Source: a virus (lineage: Duplodnaviria > Caudoviricetes). Taken from it: a DNA stretch of 64,000 bases. A model generated the notes under the pieces. The model was not told the DNA's origin. It saw only the letters and a list, made by a program, of their open reading frames with translations, and did not search any database. A program made the position numbers and the translations under genes. Position 1 is the first letter of the stretch. Each line of letters begins with the position of its first letter. The stretch lies in the IMG/VR virus record IMGVR_UViG_3300030090_004128, positions 66 to 64,065 of that record; one strand, written 5' to 3'. This document shows positions 46,796-57,524 of this stretch, piece by piece.

Positions 46796-49700
46796 TTAGT
46801 CGTCACTTAACTCACTATTAAATATTGTGGCACTACCACTAAAAATTTCTAATAATTTTCTTGATCTTTTTCTCATTTTAACCTCCATATACCTTCCTTT
46901 CATTCTATCACCTTCAGCATAGCCATTTCTTTTTATAAATAAAAAGTTACTATTAAAGTCAAAAGGTGAATCAGCAGCTAACGTTAATTGATTGCTACTA
47001 TCTACGCTAAATATTGTTCCCACAAGAATATCATTACCTGAGTCATTATAATATAATTGATCACCATAAGTAATTAGTGAGTCATCAGAAGATGTTCCTG
47101 TTATTATATTTGCAGCTCCAAAATTAGTTCCATTACCAACAACAGTTATTAAATCTGTAGCCTCAACTGAACCAATTCCAAGACCTATAATCTCTGAGCC
47201 TGTACTATTTACTGTTACAAAAGGTATTTGTGCATACTGCTTATTTTCTCTTTGATCAAAATTATGTCTATCAACAAAAGTCTCTGTCATATCAGTAACT
47301 AAAGTCACATCATAAGAAGTATTAAGTTCACCCTCAAACTCAAAACCTTCAGAGTCTGCTTCAGGAGCTTGATTAGCTTCTAAAGTTAGTGATTTAAAAC
47401 CTTTCACTGAAGATGGCCCTTCATTTATAGAAAAGTCTAATTCAGTATAAAAAGTTACTCCATAAAAAGTATTATAATTTTCCTCATCTACATCATGCAA
47501 GTATAAAAACCCTTCATCCCAAGAAACAAACAATCTATTTACCTTGCAATAATATTCAGCAAAATGAGAATAAAAACTAGTCCATCTTTTCTGTTTATCT
47601 CTCCATGCTGTTACAGAACCACCAACCAATATATCCTGCTGATCTGTTACTCCAGTCCCATCCCATTCACCTAGAACATCAAATGTTTCTTCTGTAATAT
47701 TATAATGTCCTAATTGAGCTGGTATAGAATCCATTTGAACTATATACTCCTCATGCTTAGGGTTAAAGCCACCTTTTATTCTAAAGAATTGATGTTGCCC
47801 TGTCAACATTTCCCCCGATATATTACCATAATCACTACTCCAATCAAATTGGGGATCATAAGACCTAAAATCTTCTTCTCTATCTCTAAAGTAATCATGC
47901 ATTTTAGCATCAGATATAGGGGTTATACCGTCTCCAGATAATCTTAAAACAGCACCTCTTCTTATATCAGTCCAAAACAACACATTACCATTAGCTACAA
48001 AAGACTCAGGATTTTTACTTATACCATAATTACCGACAAAAGGAACTACTGGGTTTAATATTTTATTAGAGACACCAACTGTACCTTTACCATCTGCACT
48101 AAGAAGTATATCTCTCTGTACAGGAACTTTATATGTTGCGTCCTCTTGTATCATCACTATATCAACTTCCCTGTAATGTATTTTCTGTATACTACCATCT
48201 ATTCTACTATAATCCTCCCAGTTGCCCTCATTATAATCAAATGTGCTTAAACCATTAAAACTAGTAGCTGGTTGATAAACATCAGAATATGTTATAGAAG
48301 CCTCCTTATCTTGTTGTCTATAAAAAGCAGAATAAATATTTGCTCTACCTATATTAATATGATTACTATCTGTATAATCGTTTAAGAAATAATCCTCAAC
48401 ATAAAAGTTTTGAAGACCTCTAACGTTGTTAGCAAACCTCTGCATATTTCTTTGCTTATAATATACATCTCCAAACATAAACTCCCCTACCGCTGGAGTA
48501 CCAGATGTAGCATTACCAAAAGCATCATAAGTCCATGGATATCCTTGATCAGATATAGGCCCCATATGCCTTCCGCCAGTATCTATTCCATATAATTCAC
48601 TAAACTCAAAATATAACATCTCTCCTGGTTCAGGATCTGCTTTAGGCTTATATATCTCAACTATAGCCTGTTCTAATAAATCTGTATTTGCAGCAACAGA
48701 GGCAGCGTTATAGTTAGCTATTGGGGTTCCATTAGAATCTATTAATTGCTCTATAATAAGATACCACCCATCTTCAGACCCATCATCATTAAGAGCATTT
48801 GTTGAAGGAATTGCGTTAGTTCGTATAGGTATGTTAGGATCGTTCTGAGCATAATACTCAAACCCTGAAACTCTAGCGTCAAGATATGTTGTTGTAACAT
48901 TGTCTGCTGGTGCCCCAACTCCTGCACCTATTTGAGTGCCTGAAGTTATAATCCTTACTCTATCACCTTTTGTAAACTCATAATCTAAAATACTTATATC
49001 TGGATTTGGAACCGCATTAGGATCTAGCTCAGCATTTGTTATGTATGAATCATCAGACCCTTTTAAGCCTCTTAAGTTTAAGAATATTCTATTATCAGTA
49101 GAGGCTGGATCCTGATTGTTAAATGCTTGTAAAACCCTAAACTGAACAAATTCATCGACAGTATTATTCCTTGAATAAAACCACCTATAATGATTAGCCC
49201 AAAGAGGGGCTCTATGGTTTATTTCCCACTTCATTGTTACAGCTCCAGTAAGATCAAAGTTTGCTACACCAGTAGGTATATCTGCAAGCACTGTTCTTTC
49301 TGTGGGAAACTTAACATAACACCTTCCATCAGATGAATTACCACCTTTCTGTTCTGAGTCAACTAATACAGTAGAACATCTACCTTTTTCATCATAATAT
49401 ACTATACCAAAACTATGAAAGGCTCCACTTTTAAAAGAAGGGACAGCATCCCCTGTTTGAAGTGTTACTGGGTCTTGGTAGTTTGGACCTCCATATATTC
49501 CAGCTGAACTATAACCATATTGAGGTGTTACAGTAAAAGCAACTTTAGGAACATCAAACCCTTCGGTATAATTACCGTATGTTAATCTATTATTTCCTAA
49601 TATAGTTTGTGTATGTGCAGATCTAGGAACAGCATCATATAATCTCTCTCCTTCTCCCGCTTCTACAAGCGGAAAAGCTTGATCATTAAAGAAACGAAAT

Positions 49701-51760
49701 GTTTGTTCTGAATCAGGGTCTAATTGCCAAGCACCAAAATTATTATCTAACGTAGCTACAATAGCATATGGACCCCTGTTACCTCTTCCTATAATACCTA
49801 AATCTTTACATTTTCTTCCAGCTACTTCTATTTTTTTAACTATACCTGAAGAGTTTTTTACAGATACTATTAAATGGTTATCAACTCCAGGAGTTATGTT
49901 GGTTTGTGATACATTATTATTATCAAAAGCAGATCTTACAATATCACTAATAGGCGACCATGCACTAACCTCATTGTCATAAAAAACATACCTATATCTA
50001 AATTGAAATAAATTCCCAAAAAGCTCATTTTTCGCTATAGAAGGACTACTTCCAAATACATATGTAGGTGCATGTAAAGGTGGTCTCTTAATAACTTCCA
50101 CATATTGTCTTTTAGATTCTGATGGATATAATGGATCATATAAGTTATACGGATAATAATCCTCTAAACTAATATCATCTGTTCCACCCTCCTCATTTAA
50201 TATATATGGATCATCGAATAAATCTACAGCAGCTATACTGTTTTTTGATTTTCTAACATTTATAGAGCAAGGCTCACCGTATTGTCTAGAAGTCCAGTAT
50301 AAAACATCTCCCACTTTATCAATGTCATTAATAAGGAAGTTTTTTCTCCAGTTAAAAACCGATGTGTTAGAATTTCCTGAGTCCCTAAATACAGTCTCTA
50401 TAGCACCCGTTTTAAGATCGTACTCTAATATTAAGTGATAATGATGATCACTGGCAACAAACCAATATATCTTATCATTTCTAGTATCTTCATAAGCACC
50501 TATAGTATCATAATTAATAGGTTCACCCTCGTCTGTGAGATCATTAGATATAGTAGCGTTTGCTTGCATGAAAGTTTTTACAACTTCAATATCATGTCCC
50601 GCACCAGACTCTATAGTTGTATGACCTACAGTCCATCCGACAGACTCTAATCCATTTAAATATTCTGTAATATATAATTCCGCCTCATCTGATTCCCCAA
50701 CAATACCCCAATCATCAGAGTTATTTAATTCTTCCTGGCCAGTAGCATATCCATATCCATCCTCAACTCCAGTATCTTCTGCTCCCCACCAGTATGGCTC
50801 CTCTCCATTAGAATTTGTAGTAAATAATGTTCCAGTTAAATCATCTACGATTCCAGCATCAAAAGGTTGTGAACTTCCTGATGTTTGTAGATCAACATAA
50901 AAAACTCCATCCTCAGTATAGCCATCACTAGAATATGGAGCTTCAAATAAAAGTGCGTATGCAAAAACTTGACCTGGAGTGTAATCTTCATGATTAGCTA
51001 CGTTCTCCATCGCAGGCTGACCAAAGAAATATGCAGTATCAAAATAAGGGCTATTATTATCAATAACGCTCACAGTTATACCTAATGCAGATATTTGAGA
51101 AGAGTTTTGACTAACCCAATGAGTTAGGTAATTATACATCTCTACATGAGTCTCTCCATTATATGAAATTTGAAATGTATTTGTTGGGGCTTGTAATTCA
51201 GCTAAAGAAAATCCTATAACAATATCAAAAAGTAAAAGAGTTATCGAAGGTTCACCTAAATCAGTATAAGTTGAAGACGCAGGCCCATCTTCACCTGGAT
51301 TATCACCAGGACCGTATTGTTGTGCATAATAAGCTGGGAAGGGGTAATTTGTCACCTCAACCTCATAACCATATCCTAAAGGATATCCATCTTCATCGTA
51401 AGCAGATTCCCACGTTGTATATGTATTAGGATCATTTTCATCTCTAAGGTGGCCATCAAAACCCTCTATGTTAGTTGCTAGATCAGAATCAGCATATCCA
51501 ACACCACCATAATTAAACCAATAATTAGTCCAAGGCATAAAAAGACAGATTCTTCTTTTACCTTGCTGTGGAGGAGTAGGAAAATCATAAGCAACTTTTT
51601 TGTTTCCTTTTATGTTTTCAACAACACCTTCTGTATTAGCTTCTGAAGAAATATTCCTTATATTTAAAGCGTGGTGATAATCACCATTCTTTAAAGCTCT
51701 AAGATCAGTGTCTTTATCCAATCCACCAACAAATATTTTTTTAGACTGTTTACTAGGCAT
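46796..51760 (-). CDS. Tail stabilisation / muzzle (nozzle) protein, crAss-like
   Basis: GGLDKDTD...YHHALNIR...GVVENIKGN, GNNRLTYGNY, FGIVYYDEKGR, YGISKNPESF, GAVLRLS, MKGRYM. Confidence 0.8.
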   Translation of the reverse strand: MPSKQSKKIFVGGLDKDTDLRALKNGDYHHALNIRNISSEANTEGVVENIKGNKKVAYDFPTPPQQGKRRICLFMPWTNYWFNYGGVGYADSDLATNIEGFDGHLRDENDPNTYTTWESAYDEDGYPLGYGYEVEVTNYPFPAYYAQQYGPGDNPGEDGPASSTYTDLGEPSITLLLFDIVIGFSLAELQAPTNTFQISYNGETHVEMYNYLTHWVSQNSSQISALGITVSVIDNNSPYFDTAYFFGQPAMENVANHEDYTPGQVFAYALLFEAPYSSDGYTEDGVFYVDLQTSGSSQPFDAGIVDDLTGTLFTTNSNGEEPYWWGAEDTGVEDGYGYATGQEELNNSDDWGIVGESDEAELYITEYLNGLESVGWTVGHTTIESGAGHDIEVVKTFMQANATISNDLTDEGEPINYDTIGAYEDTRNDKIYWFVASDHHYHLILEYDLKTGAIETVFRDSGNSNTSVFNWRKNFLINDIDKVGDVLYWTSRQYGEPCSINVRKSKNSIAAVDLFDDPYILNEEGGTDDISLEDYYPYNLYDPLYPSESKRQYVEVIKRPPLHAPTYVFGSSPSIAKNELFGNLFQFRYRYVFYDNEVSAWSPISDIVRSAFDNNNVSQTNITPGVDNHLIVSVKNSSGIVKKIEVAGRKCKDLGIIGRGNRGPYAIVATLDNNFGAWQLDPDSEQTFRFFNDQAFPLVEAGEGERLYDAVPRSAHTQTILGNNRLTYGNYTEGFDVPKVAFTVTPQYGYSSAGIYGGPNYQDPVTLQTGDAVPSFKSGAFHSFGIVYYDEKGRCSTVLVDSEQKGGNSSDGRCYVKFPTERTVLADIPTGVANFDLTGAVTMKWEINHRAPLWANHYRWFYSRNNTVDEFVQFRVLQAFNNQDPASTDNRIFLNLRGLKGSDDSYITNAELDPNAVPNPDISILDYEFTKGDRVRIITSGTQIGAGVGAPADNVTTTYLDARVSGFEYYAQNDPNIPIRTNAIPSTNALNDDGSEDGWYLIIEQLIDSNGTPIANYNAASVAANTDLLEQAIVEIYKPKADPEPGEMLYFEFSELYGIDTGGRHMGPISDQGYPWTYDAFGNATSGTPAVGEFMFGDVYYKQRNMQRFANNVRGLQNFYVEDYFLNDYTDSNHINIGRANIYSAFYRQQDKEASITYSDVYQPATSFNGLSTFDYNEGNWEDYSRIDGSIQKIHYREVDIVMIQEDATYKVPVQRDILLSADGKGTVGVSNKILNPVVPFVGNYGISKNPESFVANGNVLFWTDIRRGAVLRLSGDGITPISDAKMHDYFRDREEDFRSYDPQFDWSSDYGNISGEMLTGQHQFFRIKGGFNPKHEEYIVQMDSIPAQLGHYNITEETFDVLGEWDGTGVTDQQDILVGGSVTAWRDKQKRWTSFYSHFAEYYCKVNRLFVSWDEGFLYLHDVDEENYNTFYGVTFYTELDFSINEGPSSVKGFKSLTLEANQAPEADSEGFEFEGELNTSYDVTLVTDMTETFVDRHNFDQRENKQYAQIPFVTVNSTGSEIIGLGIGSVEATDLITVVGNGTNFGAANIITGTSSDDSLITYGDQLYYNDSGNDILVGTIFSVDSSNQLTLAADSPFDFNSNFLFIKRNGYAEGDRMKGRYMEVKMRKRSRKLLEIFSGSATIFNSELSDD

Positions 51761-51764
51761 TTAA

Positions 51765-52490
51765 TTATAATTTAGGAGCCTGCTTAAAAGCTTTTCTTGT
51801 AGTCTGCATAGCCTCCTGCTTATTGAATGACTGCATTCTAGCTCTAGCAAGTCTCTTTTGGTTATAGTATTCTTTTTTAGCTAACATTTTTTCATTCATA
51901 TTGATAGCCCTTTTTCTGTATATCGATTTCCAATATATATATGACTTTAAAGCCTCCTCAGCAAAGGAGTGTACCTTTATTGATTCCCCCTGTAGATCAG
52001 ATGATCCATCTGAAATATATTCTATTATTACAGTTCCTGTAGCATTAGAAAACTCAATAGTTTCCTCTTCAAAATTCTCTCTATAATACCCGTTAGCATT
52101 ATTTCCTCCACCTTGCCCATATCTTCCCCATAATCCATCTCCAGGAGTGTTGTCGGTAAAGACTGGATGTTGGGTTGTATCTTCTGTATTAGAAGATGTT
52201 GACCCATGAACTAAATTTATTCTATCTCTAGCTCCCAAGTAATTTAATTCACCATTACTATTGACTTTAGATATTCTTATATATGAAACATAATCAGTTG
52301 GTAAAGAGACTGTATTTTTATGATCTATAGTTAATTCTATAGATTTTATTTGCCTTACGGTATCGAAATTCAATTCCTTAAGTCCGCTCATAGCTAAATT
52401 AAAATATCTTAAATACTCATGCTCACTAGACTTCCCTTCTTCTATTAAAAGATTTTGTATTACTTCCTCAACTGGTATAAATTGTGCCAT
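51765..52490 (-). CDS. Tail ring / tubular protein
   Basis: LPTDYVSYIRIS, IEYISDG, VHSFAEEALKSYI. Confidence 0.7.
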   Translation of the reverse strand: MAQFIPVEEVIQNLLIEEGKSSEHEYLRYFNLAMSGLKELNFDTVRQIKSIELTIDHKNTVSLPTDYVSYIRISKVNSNGELNYLGARDRINLVHGSTSSNTEDTTQHPVFTDNTPGDGLWGRYGQGGGNNANGYYRENFEEETIEFSNATGTVIIEYISDGSSDLQGESIKVHSFAEEALKSYIYWKSIYRKRAINMNEKMLAKKEYYNQKRLARARMQSFNKQEAMQTTRKAFKQAPKL

Positions 52491-52492
52491 TA

Positions 52493-54142
52493 TTAATCTA
52501 TATTATCATTAGCCATATCGTCACTAGCATTTTTCATAACTGTTAGTAATTCAACTAAATTCTTTATTATTATTTTTTCATAATCTGCTGGTATAGGATA
52601 AGTTACATGATCTTCCACTAAAGACGATGTTCCTATATAATGCACCCTAATAGTATTTCCATACTTATTTGTTTTATCATCCATGCTATATCTTTTATAT
52701 AAGTATATAGCCGCTCCCCCTATTGGATTTGTCGAACCACCAGCATTTACAAGGTTTTCTATGTAATAATACTGTCTTCCTGATCTTTTAACGGTTTTAT
52801 CATATAGAGAATTATGTTGACTACCAGAGGGCATTCTGTAAAAAATTTCTGGGCTAAAGTTTACTGCTGAAGCATCCGCATTTGCACTTGCTGTACTATA
52901 ATGTTCTAATGTAAATGCACTTCCTGGGGTAAAAGGTACTAAATCATAACCTCCACCTGGTTCTATTTCTTGAAAATTTAAAGTATAAACCTGATCAGGC
53001 ACAACACCTAAAGTTTCTTTTTGAAGTCTAATGTTTTGCTCTTGAGCAATTTTAGTAGCATTTTCAAGCACAAACTTATCTATAGCGTCTACGTAAGAAA
53101 CATCTCTTCTTCTTGACACAAACTCAGTTGTATACATAGTATCATTAATCATAAACCCTATACCATGAGAATCTGCATGCCCAACTATATCTACCTGTTC
53201 ATTAGTGCTTCCTCCAAGATTCTTGATAACCCAACTAAATCCAATATCATTTAATATCTCATTATTCATATTTATTGCAGCACCGCCATATTCACTATCA
53301 GTCCCATCATCAAATCCATTATCCCCAACTCCATTGATTTTAAAATTATCAATTCTAGACCCATATTTAGTCTCTAAAGTTATAGCCCCCGAATGCATTA
53401 TCTGCACTGGATTATCAAACATTTGATTATCTTCTGCGGTTAAAGCTTCTCCCTGTTTCCAATCTAAACCATATCTAATATCAAAATCTTTAACAAACTT
53501 TTTAAAACCAGCACTATTAACTAAACATTTCATAAAGTCAAGATGTTGATTTTCGTAAGTATCATACTCAGAAGTGTCCACATTAAACTCTATTTTATGT
53601 TTTCTAATTCCAGCATATTGATGTTGCTCAGTTACTCCATTTTGCATTATAGTTTTTGTTAGATGGAAATCGAAAGAAATAGAGTATTTTTTATCCATCA
53701 CTTTAGGACCAAACTTAAAAATAAGGTCTACTTTACCTGTGTTATAATGAGGGCCTTTCAGAGTTCCCGTCACTTTATATATATCGCTCTGTTTTTCAAA
53801 TCTAACATCAACGGTCTCTACTTTTTGTATACCCGCATCATTAGGAAGAGAAATATAACCGAAATTTAATCTACCATAAAGAGCATGATTTCTACTGTCA
53901 TCTCTTATCAAAGGAATTGTAGCTTGAGAAATCCAACCACCATTTATTTCTAATTCACCTTTAGCTGTGGCTGTAGATTTAGTATAATGCCAATCCATTA
54001 TTTCAGATTTTATAAGAGCATCTCTCTCTTGGTCAACCAAGAGCATCACCTCTCTTATATCTATAGAGCTATCTTCAGTAGGGTCCCCACCGTTTACTAT
54101 TCTAAGAACTTGTTCCGCTATTTTATATCTTGTTGTTGCCAT
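52493..54142 (-). CDS. Tail ring protein with large insertion
   Basis: N-terminal GGDPTEDSSIDIRE and C-terminal YPIPADY...DDMANDN of ring proteins flank a long insert. Confidence 0.6.
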   Translation of the reverse strand: MATTRYKIAEQVLRIVNGGDPTEDSSIDIREVMLLVDQERDALIKSEIMDWHYTKSTATAKGELEINGGWISQATIPLIRDDSRNHALYGRLNFGYISLPNDAGIQKVETVDVRFEKQSDIYKVTGTLKGPHYNTGKVDLIFKFGPKVMDKKYSISFDFHLTKTIMQNGVTEQHQYAGIRKHKIEFNVDTSEYDTYENQHLDFMKCLVNSAGFKKFVKDFDIRYGLDWKQGEALTAEDNQMFDNPVQIMHSGAITLETKYGSRIDNFKINGVGDNGFDDGTDSEYGGAAINMNNEILNDIGFSWVIKNLGGSTNEQVDIVGHADSHGIGFMINDTMYTTEFVSRRRDVSYVDAIDKFVLENATKIAQEQNIRLQKETLGVVPDQVYTLNFQEIEPGGGYDLVPFTPGSAFTLEHYSTASANADASAVNFSPEIFYRMPSGSQHNSLYDKTVKRSGRQYYYIENLVNAGGSTNPIGGAAIYLYKRYSMDDKTNKYGNTIRVHYIGTSSLVEDHVTYPIPADYEKIIIKNLVELLTVMKNASDDMANDNID

Positions 54143-55053
54143 TATCTTCTCATTGTAGTTGGTGTAGGTACTCTAGGTCTCCCCACTGATGGGCTTGAGG
54201 CACTCTGTTCTTTAACTTTAGCCTCTGCATAAGCCATAGGCTCTTGATCTCTTAGCGATATTCCTATGTAGGATAACATTCTTTGAGCGATTTCTCTATG
54301 GGTTTTACTAGGTAGAGTTAATTCTTGACTACTTGCACTAGATGGATTATACACGTATTGATTATTAACCATATTATAGCCCCAAAATGGAGATATAGGT
54401 TTTGCTATGTAAACTAAATATATTTGTTTGTAATCTGTATCTTTTAATTCTGCTATCTCATTTGTTATTCCTTCTGCATTTTGTCCAGGCTCAAATCCAT
54501 AAATTTCAAATCCTTTATCAAACATTACAGCTACATAATTATGTTCATCTGGGTAAAGAATCTCACTATGTAATCTGTACGATAGTTGATCGTGAGTTAT
54601 TAAATCTATTTTCCCCCTTCTTAGTTCTTTATTTATATCTCCCCCATCATCATTTGTATGAATCATTCCAGGTTGAACTTCATTTGGATCAGGTGTCGCA
54701 TTTCCAGGTATATGGTAAAGCCTTAAAAAATGTAGATATTCTCCTGATATTTTTCCTTTGTCATCCATTTCATTCTCTGGATACTTCCAAACACCAAGAC
54801 CACTATCATCATATGTAAGCTGTTTTCTAAAAACAACACTTCTAATATCATCTAAAACAGAATGATTTTGAACTAAAACTTTAGACCCTTTACTCATAGC
54901 CTCAGCCTCAGTCTTATATCTAGCAACTCTATCATGTATTAAATCTAGTTGAGCCTGTTGTGCTAATAAGTTAAATTCAGAAGGTTTTATAAACCCTCTT
55001 TGCTCTTTATTTGCTATAAGTTGTACAAACCTGTATAATTCATCTATCGTCAT
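54142..55053 (-). CDS. Head-tail adaptor / ring protein
   Basis: IANKEQRGFIKPSEFNLLAQQAQ; YIAKP...WGY...YNP. Confidence 0.7.
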   Translation of the reverse strand: MTIDELYRFVQLIANKEQRGFIKPSEFNLLAQQAQLDLIHDRVARYKTEAEAMSKGSKVLVQNHSVLDDIRSVVFRKQLTYDDSGLGVWKYPENEMDDKGKISGEYLHFLRLYHIPGNATPDPNEVQPGMIHTNDDGGDINKELRRGKIDLITHDQLSYRLHSEILYPDEHNYVAVMFDKGFEIYGFEPGQNAEGITNEIAELKDTDYKQIYLVYIAKPISPFWGYNMVNNQYVYNPSSASSQELTLPSKTHREIAQRMLSYIGISLRDQEPMAYAEAKVKEQSASSPSVGRPRVPTPTTMRR

Positions 55054-55071
55054 TATTTGTCTATTTTAAAA

Positions 55072-55079
55072 CAAATATA
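55072..55079 (-). promoter_or_regulatory. -7 promoter element for the tail operon
   Basis: TATATTTG immediately after a terminator. Confidence 0.55.
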
Positions 55080-55081
55080 GC

Positions 55082-55117
55082 AAAAAAAAAGGAGGTAACA
55101 AACCTGTAACCCCCTTT
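55082..55117 (-). terminator. Rho-independent terminator
   Basis: AAAGGGGGTTACAGGTTTGTTACCTCC followed by T9. Confidence 0.8.
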
Positions 55118-55141
55118 AAGTAGCATTATTATATGTTATAA

Positions 55142-56041
55142 TTAATTCGTGGTTCCCATTTTTGCTTTTATTTGATCCACAATTCCACTACCTGCATCAG
55201 TCATACACATATCTGCTAAACAGTCCACTGGTTTAACCCCTAACGGTACATGAGTTATAACAGGTCTTTGATTTCCCTGAACCCAAGTGATTTTTCCAGA
55301 GTCCCAAGATATCACACCAGCCTCTTTACCTCTAAGTATAGTTTGCTTAATTTCCATTTTAGGATCATCCAATCCAGCTATAAAATTAATAGGATCTTTT
55401 TCAGCTAAAACTTTCATATCATATCTTATCTCATCAGTAGATTTATCTACATTAACCCCTAAAACCTGTGCATATCCTAATAATTTATTTAAAGGCATAT
55501 CAAATACAGTTCTTAAAGCGTCCATAGATTGAATCTCTTTTTCCATCTTTTCTTTAGCGTCTTTTTCAAAATCTAATCTCTTAAAAACTCTTGATGAACC
55601 AGGTATTCTATCAGGGTTACTAGCATTAGCATTACACATATCTAGATATTTTCTTAAAGTAGGATTAGTGTAATCTACCATTAACACTCCATTATTGAAA
55701 GTTATAGGAGATTTTACCATTGAATCCTCTTTTTGCTCATCTTCAAATATAGAAGGCTCTCCTGGTATATATCTAATTTTTCTATTTATACCTTTTTCTG
55801 GATCAAAAATAATATCTTCAGCTTTAAGCATATGTACGATAGGAAATTTTACCTTTCCAGTTTTCTTATCCTTACGCTCCCTGTAAAGCCTATATGTTGT
55901 TGGTTTTCTAGTATTCTTCTTTCTCCCCTGATTAAGGTTTGCAATACCATTAGTGTTTGATTTTGGTGCTGTAGGAGTCTCAACAGTATTCATTACCGCT
56001 GTCTCTACAGACTTTGTAGTAGGTTGTTTTTTCTTTGTCAT
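55142..56041 (-). CDS. Conserved structural protein (portal-vertex/capsid-associated)
   Basis: RKIRYIPGEPSIFEDEQ...ITFNNGVL; position after capsid genes. Confidence 0.6.
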   Translation of the reverse strand: MTKKKQPTTKSVETAVMNTVETPTAPKSNTNGIANLNQGRKKNTRKPTTYRLYRERKDKKTGKVKFPIVHMLKAEDIIFDPEKGINRKIRYIPGEPSIFEDEQKEDSMVKSPITFNNGVLMVDYTNPTLRKYLDMCNANASNPDRIPGSSRVFKRLDFEKDAKEKMEKEIQSMDALRTVFDMPLNKLLGYAQVLGVNVDKSTDEIRYDMKVLAEKDPINFIAGLDDPKMEIKQTILRGKEAGVISWDSGKITWVQGNQRPVITHVPLGVKPVDCLADMCMTDAGSGIVDQIKAKMGTTN

Positions 56042-56097
56042 TTTTCTTAAATTAAATTAAACTATAAATAATACACCTATCTCTAGATGTTGTTTTT

Positions 56098-56511
56098 TTA
56101 TTCTGGGTTATCTAAGGTTATATGGAACTTGTTGTTAGCAACTGATAAAGATGGATCATCTATCCAGTCGGTTCCACAATATGTACGAGGATCTGTAGAT
56201 GCGTCAGCAATAACTATAAATCCATTATTTTGAGCTAAGTGATCACTTATTTTTAAAACTATGTCTTTAAAAGCTCTTTTATGATTCCATTTAGTAGCTA
56301 TAGATATTGTTATGTAATCAACTCCTTTTGTGTCATTCTCAGCGTCTGTTCCAATCGATTGAGCCGACTCGAAAAGCATATAAAATTGACTATGGCCTTT
56401 AACTGTAACACCTTTTAACCGACTTAAAGGATAAGCAGCACACATAGCTGTTGTTTCAGATCCCATATTAAAGTCTCCGTTTTCGCTGTTCATAAAATAT
56501 AATAACTTCAT
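56098..56511 (-). CDS. Capsid-adjacent paralog 3 (start revised to MKLLYF)
   Basis: LYF...YPLSRLKG...DYITISI...FIVIAD pattern shared with the two neighbouring genes. Confidence 0.65.
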   Translation of the reverse strand: MKLLYFMNSENGDFNMGSETTAMCAAYPLSRLKGVTVKGHSQFYMLFESAQSIGTDAENDTKGVDYITISIATKWNHKRAFKDIVLKISDHLAQNNGFIVIADASTDPRTYCGTDWIDDPSLSVANNKFHITLDNPE

Positions 56512-56533
56512 ATCTCTTTTTTTTAAAACTTTA

Positions 56534-56938
56534 TTAATCTGCTGTTGCAGTTCTAACACTTATAACACAGTTAAGTATATCATCGTGTATTTTTTCACCG
56601 TTATATATATCTGAAATAACTAAAAATCTACCAGTTCTTGAAACAGGTTCATTTAGTTTATCGACTATTCTTTTCATAACGCTAGCTTGTTTACCAGCTG
56701 TAACGGTGAGTGCTATTAAGTCTGTCTCATCACTAACGTCACCAGCGTCCTCTTGATTAACTCCTAACCCCCTCATTAAAGGCTTAAACCTCATATTAAC
56801 AACCTCATCAGCTGCATCGCTACTAGTACAATCAAATCCTAAAAAACTATCTACATGATACATTACCGCTGAATGTACAGCTTCCGATATTGTATTTATC
56901 TGGAAGTAAAGGAACTTATCTGTTTCATCTATAAACAT
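56534..56938 (-). CDS. Capsid-adjacent paralog 2
   Basis: FLYF...YHVDSFLGF...FKP...DLIALTV...FLVISD. Confidence 0.7.
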   Translation of the reverse strand: MFIDETDKFLYFQINTISEAVHSAVMYHVDSFLGFDCTSSDAADEVVNMRFKPLMRGLGVNQEDAGDVSDETDLIALTVTAGKQASVMKRIVDKLNEPVSRTGRFLVISDIYNGEKIHDDILNCVISVRTATAD

Positions 56939-56962
56939 AACTTATATATTTTTTAATCTTTA

Positions 56963-56970
56963 CAAATATA
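56963..56970 (-). promoter_or_regulatory. -7 promoter element
   Basis: TATATTTG after a terminator. Confidence 0.55.
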
Positions 56971-56984
56971 ATGATTTATTTTTA

Positions 56985-57029
56985 ATAAAACACCTTTGGA
57001 GGAAGAAAAACTCTTCCCCCTTAGATGTG
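56985..57029 (-). terminator. Rho-independent terminator after the capsid operon
   Basis: CACATCTAAGGGGGAAGAGTTTTTCTTCCTCCAAAGGTG followed by TTTT. Confidence 0.65.
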
Positions 57030-57077
57030 TTCTTTAGACTGCCTGTATATCATTTCAAGACAGTTAGCAAAGTGCTA

Positions 57078-57497
57078 TTAAGCAGCAGCTCCAGCCTGAA
57101 CAGTTATTGACATGTCAGAAATTGCAACAGCAGTTCCTGATGAGTCAGGTCCTACTGGAAGAAAATCCTGAAGCATAAGGTCAGCAATAACAATCATGCT
57201 CTTGCCAGTACCAGCAACTTTAGGTGCGTCTATAGCAGCTAAAATAGCTTCGATAACTTCTTTGTGCTTATCAGAAGTAATAGTTAGAGTAACAACGTCA
57301 TTTACATTGTCACCTCCACCATCAGCGTCTCCAACTTCACCTTCTATTGGCTTAAAACACATCGCAAGATGAGTTTGTGTTGTAGTCTGATTGGTAAATC
57401 CTCTAAAACTACTTACTGGATAAACAGCAACATCGTGAGCAGCGTTAAATAACTTATCACCACTTCCTCCTTTGCAGAAATATAAATACTTTTCCAT
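57078..57497 (-). CDS. Capsid-adjacent paralog 1 (auxiliary capsid/decoration protein?)
   Basis: YLYF...YPVSSFRGF...FKP...DVVTLTI...MIVIAD; immediately after the major capsid gene. Confidence 0.7.
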   Translation of the reverse strand: MEKYLYFCKGGSGDKLFNAAHDVAVYPVSSFRGFTNQTTTQTHLAMCFKPIEGEVGDADGGGDNVNDVVTLTITSDKHKEVIEAILAAIDAPKVAGTGKSMIVIADLMLQDFLPVGPDSSGTAVAISDMSITVQAGAAA

Positions 57498-57524
57498 TTT
57501 ATATAAACTTTAAAAGGTTAATAA

